Assembly (NCBI GenBank): GCA_016860985.1
Contig: BOKM01000001.1
Span: 984,040-1,048,039 of the forward strand
Source: Patescibacteria group bacterium
GTDB taxonomy: Bacteria; Patescibacteriota; Dojkabacteria; GCA-002793355
Length of the DNA: 64,000 bases
Direction: 5' to 3'
Position 1 is the first letter of the stretch. Each line of letters begins with the position of its first letter. Shown piece by piece: positions 58,194 through 64,000 of this stretch. Made by a program: the position numbers and the translations under genes. The notes below the pieces were generated by a model, which did not search any database, was not told the DNA's origin, and saw only the letters and a program-made list of their open reading frames with translations.

Positions 58194-60500
58194 CTACTGC
58201 GCCTGTGTTGGTGTCGGGGTTACCGTCACTGTTGGCGTTACAGTCTTTGTTGCTGCTGGTGGTTTCGTTTGAGTTGAGGATTGCTTCAATTTGTTAACTT
58301 CCTCAATTCTCTTATCAGCCAAAGAGGTAATTTGTTTCTTTTCGTCTGTGGTCATACTTTGAGAATCTGCAGCTTCTTTTTTGATTGCCTCAAACGCTTT
58401 AATCGCACCATCGTAATTTTGTTCTCGCGCAAGCATAATGCCGTCGATAAACTGTATTTGGAATGGTGTTCCAACTAACTGTTTGAGTATTGCAAGCTTT
58501 GACTTAATCTCGTTGTTAATTTGAGCGTCGTTGCCGAGTCGCAAGAGTACATCAACATAGAGATAGTTTGCGTCAATTGAATACTGATTAACTGCAAGCG
58601 CATTTCGAACACTTTGCACAGCAAGAGTATAAAGGCTAGTCGATTTCTCGTCGTCTGCAATGCCTCGGTAAGCTTGCGATACTGTGAGCCAGTAGTCGTA
58701 ACGAACAGAGTTTTTACTAAGTAGATCTGTTACAGATTGGAGCATCATGTTGCGAACTTGTCGGAGTTCCTGCGAAGTATTCCTTTGCTCTTCGGTAAGT
58801 CCGTTGTAAAGGTCACTTGTTCCAAGAAGCGTACTTAATGAGAGGTAGGATAATTGTGCGCAATCTTTACAGTATCTTCTGTATGCAGATGATAGTGAGT
58901 ATGCGTCACTATATGTTTGTAGGGCAGCTGTATCTTTTTTGGTGACTTGCTGACGTGCAACTGCATAACGCTGAATTGCTTTTGCATAGCCGACCATTGT
59001 CATTGATGGAGTTACTAAAGTTGTAAACATCACAACAGCGTAAAGTACAGCAGCTCCGAAGAGGATATTACCTGCCATTGAGCTTGATTTGTTTGTATAG
59101 GTAGATTCTTTAATATCTACTGCCCTAACTGAAGGAAGAAGCTCTGGCAAAGCTTCCACTTTGTCGAAGAATGCTGCAATTGCAACAAATAGAATTACCA
59201 ATACTGCTAGTGAAGATGGGCCGACAAGTAGCGCGCCAATAGAGATAAGAATTACAGATACTTCTGGTAGTAGTGAGCTTTTTGAAGAAGCATTCTTAAA
59301 TGCCATGATAAGAGTAACAACCAAGGCTGCGAACACAAGTACACCAAGTGCGCCATGCTCTAGGAATAACTCTGAAACGAATGTGTTTGGCTTGAAGAAG
59401 AAGGTATCGTTGCCATACTGCTGTGCGCTTGCGATTGGTCGGTATTGCATATAAAGATAAGGGAATGTACCTACACCAAAACCAACTAATTGACGCCACA
59501 TTGGAGTGCTGGAATTCAAGAAGCTTTGCTGGATAATGCTGTTCGATGATTCGGCAGAAATCGCAATAGATTTTGCATCTCCTATAATACCTGCTTTCCA
59601 CCAAATACCACCAAGTAGTGTTGCGAAAGCCATCACAATCGCAAGTACAGTTCCAAACATTTTGATTTGCGACGATTTTTGAGTCATAACGAGGGAAGCA
59701 ATAATTGCGGCAACTACAACAAATACTACAATGGTGAGTAAGATTGGGGTAAAGGTTAAGAAGAAGACGTAGGAAGTAGTGATGGCAAGGAATAAGCCGA
59801 CAATACCTCTTCTGTAAATTTCTACAGTTAATTCTGCACCCTTTTTATAGACCATTGAAAATTGCCATGCTGCAATAACTAGAGCAATGATATGGATGAT
59901 TGTTGCTTGCTGTGCGCCACCTAACAATCCGGCTGGTGAGGCAGTTAAGAATGTGAAGTATTGTGAATATGATCCGAGTAATTTGTCATATACTGAAGTT
60001 GGAAGTAGATAACTCGCAAGTGATAGAAAATCAATAACAACAAGTGCAACAGGCAGAACAGAAAGTATACGCGAAACAGCCAATTCAAGCGATAGACCTG
60101 CGAGCTTCAAGACGAAATACATTACAACAACTGAAAATAGTACAAGAAAGCTTGAGCTAAAGGATAAATCATAGCCAAAGAGTGAATCTATTGGGGAAGC
60201 CGAAAGTATATACGAGAGTACAAAAACTCCTCCTAGCGCGGCAATCAGTGTGTTTGCTGTTGTTGCCGAGTAAAACACCATTCTCTTTTCTGCGAAAATG
60301 CGATAGGCAACATAAACAGCGAATAAGGCTACCCATACGACCAGAAAGAGGCTTCGTGCAAAGGTATATGTTGCAGAAGATGGAAGTTGCACAGCAGGGA
60401 TAAGTACTCCGAACCAGAGCAAAAGTGAAAAGACATCAAAAGAGTCTAATCGAGGAATTTGAATGCTAAGTGGCTTCTTTTTGGCGTTTGTGTTTGCCAT
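58194..60500 (-). CDS. O-antigen ligase-like polytopic membrane protein with TPR-like C-terminus
   Basis: Many TMs; GFGVGTF; EHGALG; helical C-terminal region. Confidence 0.65.
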   Translation of the reverse strand: MANTNAKKKPLSIQIPRLDSFDVFSLLLWFGVLIPAVQLPSSATYTFARSLFLVVWVALFAVYVAYRIFAEKRMVFYSATTANTLIAALGGVFVLSYILSASPIDSLFGYDLSFSSSFLVLFSVVVMYFVLKLAGLSLELAVSRILSVLPVALVVIDFLSLASYLLPTSVYDKLLGSYSQYFTFLTASPAGLLGGAQQATIIHIIALVIAAWQFSMVYKKGAELTVEIYRRGIVGLFLAITTSYVFFLTFTPILLTIVVFVVVAAIIASLVMTQKSSQIKMFGTVLAIVMAFATLLGGIWWKAGIIGDAKSIAISAESSNSIIQQSFLNSSTPMWRQLVGFGVGTFPYLYMQYRPIASAQQYGNDTFFFKPNTFVSELFLEHGALGVLVFAALVVTLIMAFKNASSKSSLLPEVSVILISIGALLVGPSSLAVLVILFVAIAAFFDKVEALPELLPSVRAVDIKESTYTNKSSSMAGNILFGAAVLYAVVMFTTLVTPSMTMVGYAKAIQRYAVARQQVTKKDTAALQTYSDAYSLSSAYRRYCKDCAQLSYLSLSTLLGTSDLYNGLTEEQRNTSQELRQVRNMMLQSVTDLLSKNSVRYDYWLTVSQAYRGIADDEKSTSLYTLAVQSVRNALAVNQYSIDANYLYVDVLLRLGNDAQINNEIKSKLAILKQLVGTPFQIQFIDGIMLAREQNYDGAIKAFEAIKKEAADSQSMTTDEKKQITSLADKRIEEVNKLKQSSTQTKPPAATKTVTPTVTVTPTPTQAQ

Positions 60501-61353
60501 GCGGGCGAGAATTAAACTTATTGTTTCTTAATCGTGACAGTATAGCAGAAATAATAATAACCATACCAATACAAGCAAAGGCGAATCCCCAACCAATAAC
60601 AATATACGACGTATCTTGCTTGTGAGAATAGATTGAAAGATCATCACCCAAAAGCGAAAAGGTTGAGGTTAACGTTGCGTTTGTCATAAAGCTCGATTCT
60701 ACAGTTTCAGGGATTTGATAATTTACTGAAAGTGACTCGCCTGGAAGAAGCAAAAGGTTCGATTTTTTAGCATCTTGGTACAGCGTCAAATAGGGAGGGA
60801 TTTTTTCAGTTAGCTGCAAAAGCAAATTCGCCTTTACAGGAACTTGCGCCGTGTTTGTTAGTGTTGTTGCGCATTGAACGGTGGTATTAGAATTAAACGA
60901 AAACGAAGGAGTACATTGCAAGGGAGATAGCTGCAATGAGTTGCTCAATGTTCCGAGTACTGCAGAGTCAGAACTATTTCGAAGTTCACCCAGGTTTGTG
61001 TAATCGAAAAGAGGGATAAAAAACTGTTGCTTGGTACTTACGTTTATCTCGTTTCCCTGCGGAATAATTAATTTAATCGCTAAAAATGAACTCTTTTCTT
61101 TAAGACAAGCAAAGGACTCTGGTGAATAATCAATCGTTATTTTGTACGATTCAGCATCAACTCGATTGATATGGAGAGCGTTAATAAAAAGATCACTCGG
61201 GCACTCCTTTTCTGTTAATGACTCACCTTTTTTTGTAATAGCAACTATAGAGAAATTCTGTGTAGTAAGGGTTACGCCTTTCGCATTATTAATTGTAATT
61301 TGTTGTGCCTGCGATTTGTCTGTAAATCTAATAAACGATGGGGAAAGTTTCAT
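60466..61353 (-). CDS. Putative surface-assembly protein with C-terminal TM (WxL-partner-like)
   Basis: LSP start, NT..P, LLLPGES, C-terminal TM. Confidence 0.45.
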   Translation of the reverse strand: MKLSPSFIRFTDKSQAQQITINNAKGVTLTTQNFSIVAITKKGESLTEKECPSDLFINALHINRVDAESYKITIDYSPESFACLKEKSSFLAIKLIIPQGNEINVSTKQQFFIPLFDYTNLGELRNSSDSAVLGTLSNSLQLSPLQCTPSFSFNSNTTVQCATTLTNTAQVPVKANLLLQLTEKIPPYLTLYQDAKKSNLLLLPGESLSVNYQIPETVESSFMTNATLTSTFSLLGDDLSIYSHKQDTSYIVIGWGFAFACIGMVIIISAILSRLRNNKFNSRPHGKHKRQKEAT

Positions 61354-61356
61354 AAA

Positions 61357-62577
61357 CTACCAGCCTCCTACTGCTGAAAATGATAACTGGTCAGTATAAT
61401 CGGAAACTGAAGGTGCAGTAAGTGCTGCTCGTGCCCCAAGTGTATAAAGAATTCTTCCATTATCTATCCATGTAGGAGTATCTACGGTACAAATTCCTGA
61501 AGACGAAACTAAAGAACATGCTGCGAGTGTGTGTGATAAGGAGGATACGGCACCCACACTACTTCCTGCAACATCATAGGTACTACCAGAAATCATATAA
61601 CCTTGTGAGCTACCGGATTGTGAAGCGTTCGTTTTTTGCAAACCGAAACCATCTTGGCTTGCCGGATTACTTAAGTCTTCACTTGAGCTTTGGAGCGTGT
61701 AATTTGTTGAGGTACTCCGTAGACCGCTGAATTGATCTCTGACATATAAAGCTACTCCTGCTTGCGCATTGGTTGATACCTCTAGTTTAATCCGCTGCGT
61801 TGTTAAAAACTTAGGGGTTTCCGGATTTAATGCTCCAAAATCCACCGTATAAGGAGCATTACTGTTAGCGTTTAAGTCTGCACCGATATCTATATCAAAT
61901 GAGAGTGTTGGTAAAGTGGTAGTCGCTGTTTTTGAGGGGCCTGGTAGAGTTTCTGTAAAATCGCCGTGTAATGCGGTCGCTCTTATTTTGTATTCGGTAT
62001 TGGGACTCAGGTTCATAAGGTTAGCACTGTTCCATGGTGTACTCTCCCACTGAGATTTTGTACGGTAGTCGCCAATAACTTTACTCGAATACGCTTTTAG
62101 TTGATGTGTCGTACCATCAACAACATAGATGGTCGACCAGTTATCTTTTGAAACTTGAATCGAATAAAGTGTATCGGCTGGGTTTCCTTGTGTATCGATT
62201 TGGAACATTGCTCTATCGTAGCAACCTCCCAAACCGCATTCTCCAACCATACCGTTGCCAGCGGGTAGTCCAACGCAGGTTGTTGTTCCTGAGTCTGTAG
62301 TTGTTTCGAAGCAGGTAAGCTTGGGCACATTGGCCATAAAAGTATATCCTTGTCCCGAACCGATTTTGTAAAGTGTTGAAGAAATTTGCCCGAACTCTAG
62401 CCCATTGCCACCCTGGACGAGTGACTTGTAATTTGTCGAACTCGCACTCCCCGCTACTGAGGATAGTTCTGGATCGATAAGTGTGTAATTGGTCGAATTA
62501 AGGTTCTCAGAAGCAACAGGATAAGACAAAAGGAGAGCGGCAACCACAAGTCCTGTAAGAAATAAACGTAGCTTCAT
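61357..62577 (-). CDS. Secreted beta-rich surface protein
   Basis: Signal peptide; Cys pairs; STNA..G; YTDQLSFSA C-terminus (WxL-like). Confidence 0.6.
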   Translation of the reverse strand: MKLRLFLTGLVVAALLLSYPVASENLNSTNYTLIDPELSSVAGSASSTNYKSLVQGGNGLEFGQISSTLYKIGSGQGYTFMANVPKLTCFETTTDSGTTTCVGLPAGNGMVGECGLGGCYDRAMFQIDTQGNPADTLYSIQVSKDNWSTIYVVDGTTHQLKAYSSKVIGDYRTKSQWESTPWNSANLMNLSPNTEYKIRATALHGDFTETLPGPSKTATTTLPTLSFDIDIGADLNANSNAPYTVDFGALNPETPKFLTTQRIKLEVSTNAQAGVALYVRDQFSGLRSTSTNYTLQSSSEDLSNPASQDGFGLQKTNASQSGSSQGYMISGSTYDVAGSSVGAVSSLSHTLAACSLVSSSGICTVDTPTWIDNGRILYTLGARAALTAPSVSDYTDQLSFSAVGGW

Positions 62578-62622
62578 ATACAAATTATCCTACCATATTG
62601 GAGCGTGATATTATACAAAGTA

Positions 62623-63048
62623 ATGAATCAACAATTTACTAAACTACGAATAAATACAGATGGCGGATCACGTAATAACCCAGGGCATGCAGCAATAGGT
62701 TTTGTGATTGCAACACTTGAGGGTGAAACTCTCGCAGCAGAAAAAAAGTATATCGGTATTGCGACAAATAACGAAGCTGAATATCAAGCAATGCTGTCTG
62801 GATTAACTCATGTACGAAACTTCTTTCCTCAGTGCCAAGAGATAGAGATTTATGCAGATAGTGAACTAATGATTAAACAGCTTATCGGTGAATACAAAAT
62901 TAGAGAAGAGCATTTAAAGCGTTTTGCCGAAGCAATTAAAGTCCTCCTTCGTGAATTTAGTGTCGCGAACTTACACCATGTACTCAGAACAAACAATAAA
63001 GCTGCAGACAAATTGGTGAATACCGCCCTGGATGAAAGGCAGTTGTAG
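62623..63048 (+). CDS. Ribonuclease HI family protein
   Basis: TDGGSRNNPG, TNNEAEY, DSEL and NKAADKL motifs. Confidence 0.92.
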   Translation: MNQQFTKLRINTDGGSRNNPGHAAIGFVIATLEGETLAAEKKYIGIATNNEAEYQAMLSGLTHVRNFFPQCQEIEIYADSELMIKQLIGEYKIREEHLKRFAEAIKVLLREFSVANLHHVLRTNNKAADKLVNTALDERQL

Positions 63049-63085
63049 CAATTGCCTCTGAGCAGAAACCAGAGTAAAATGGGGA

Positions 63086-63919
63086 ATGCAGCGCAAAAGG
63101 CTATTGAATATCACGACTTTGGTTACGGATTTATTTCTCAACGTAACTTCTTCAAAAGAAAAAGCACTAGTAGGCAGAAATATCTCAGACTTGATACTTT
63201 TAAAACCAGTTGGTTTTAGAAAACGCCTTCTTGCAATGAAAACAGGTAAGATTATTCAAGATGAACTGATCTTTATCATTGATGATACTCCCAAACGTTA
63301 TTCAATGGTTGTTCGCAAAGGGAATGCAAAATTCATTTTTGTTCTTATAGAACTTGAACGAGTATACGCATTAATGGAAAATGTGGCGTTATATAGAAAA
63401 TACGCATTCACCGACAATCTAACAGGTGCGCTTACTCGACACGGATACTGGAACGAGTTATTTGAACTACTCCATTACGCGGAAAAGGCAGGTCACAACA
63501 TTGGAATCATCTTCGCAGATATCGATAATCTCAAAAAGATGAATTCAGATTATGGCTACAAAGGAGGAGACGCCCAAATCGCAGAGGTGAGCAAAACACT
63601 ACGCCAAGCACTTCGTAAACAAGACTTGCTTGTGAGGCTTGGGGGCGATGAGTTTCTCGCACTCATGCCAATGAGAGCAAATGACCCACTCCAATTAGAA
63701 AAAATCGCTAACAGAATGCTTGTTGCAACTCGAAGAAACAAAGAACTTAAAACAACAATTTCGATTGGTCTTCAATTTATTACTACGGAGGCAATAACCA
63801 AAATCCTAAACAGTAAAGATGTTAAAAAATCCTGGGATTCGTATCTAGATATTGTTGACGAAAAAATCAGAATTGCCAAAAAGTCTGGAAAAAACGAGTT
63901 TATTTCCTCGCTCGCTTAA
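63086..63919 (+). CDS. GGDEF diguanylate cyclase
   Basis: DNLTG, DIDNLK.MN, RKQD I-site and GGDEF. Confidence 0.9.
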   Translation: MQRKRLLNITTLVTDLFLNVTSSKEKALVGRNISDLILLKPVGFRKRLLAMKTGKIIQDELIFIIDDTPKRYSMVVRKGNAKFIFVLIELERVYALMENVALYRKYAFTDNLTGALTRHGYWNELFELLHYAEKAGHNIGIIFADIDNLKKMNSDYGYKGGDAQIAEVSKTLRQALRKQDLLVRLGGDEFLALMPMRANDPLQLEKIANRMLVATRRNKELKTTISIGLQFITTEAITKILNSKDVKKSWDSYLDIVDEKIRIAKKSGKNEFISSLA

Positions 63920-64000
63920 ATAAAACAGTAAAAATATTTAAGCCATCTTGACTGGTTACAGAGATTCTTCCTCCTAAATCATCAACAATTTTTTTGACTA

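Noticed and set aside
2631-63741. Numerous 60-150 aa ORFs nested in or antisense to long genes
   Set aside because: Shadow frames of well-supported CDSs with no motifs
1-64000. UGA-to-Gly recoding as in Gracilibacteria/Absconditabacteria
   Set aside because: Conserved genes are full length under code 11, and TGA serves as stop in ATGA overlaps (e.g. 46139-46142, 48058-48061)

Overview
Bacterial chromosome segment, most consistent with a Patescibacteria/CPR genome (possibly Dojkabacteria; inferred from gene content such as form II/III RuBisCO, a type IV pilus locus and Pro/Thr-rich surface proteins). It reads in the standard genetic code. The housekeeping backbone (secE, rpmG, typA, rarA, mutL, rplS, rnhB, RNase HI, five tRNAs) is interrupted by two AT-rich islands. 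Each island is bounded by a direct repeat of a tRNA 3' end and neither encodes an integrase. Island 1 (~16.9 kb at tRNA-Gly) carries copper/zinc export and thiol-disulfide genes. It has two BlaI-family repressor + M56 protease pairs with Cys-rich tails, and five TACTAC-N3/N4-GTAGTA operators overlapping sigma70-type promoters; the two spacer lengths sort with the two repressors. Island 2 (~3.4 kb at tRNA-Pro) encodes a C5 DNA methyltransferase coupled to a MORC/GHKL ATPase-HEPN fusion, a candidate uncharacterised defence system. Other notable items: RuBisCO with a long assembly-region insertion next to a TrmB-aldo/keto reductase fusion, an ATP-grasp-SET fusion, a membrane-anchored Schlafen protein, an insertion in L19, and apparently pervasive leaderless promoters. 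All family assignments come from motif recognition by eye; no searches were run.
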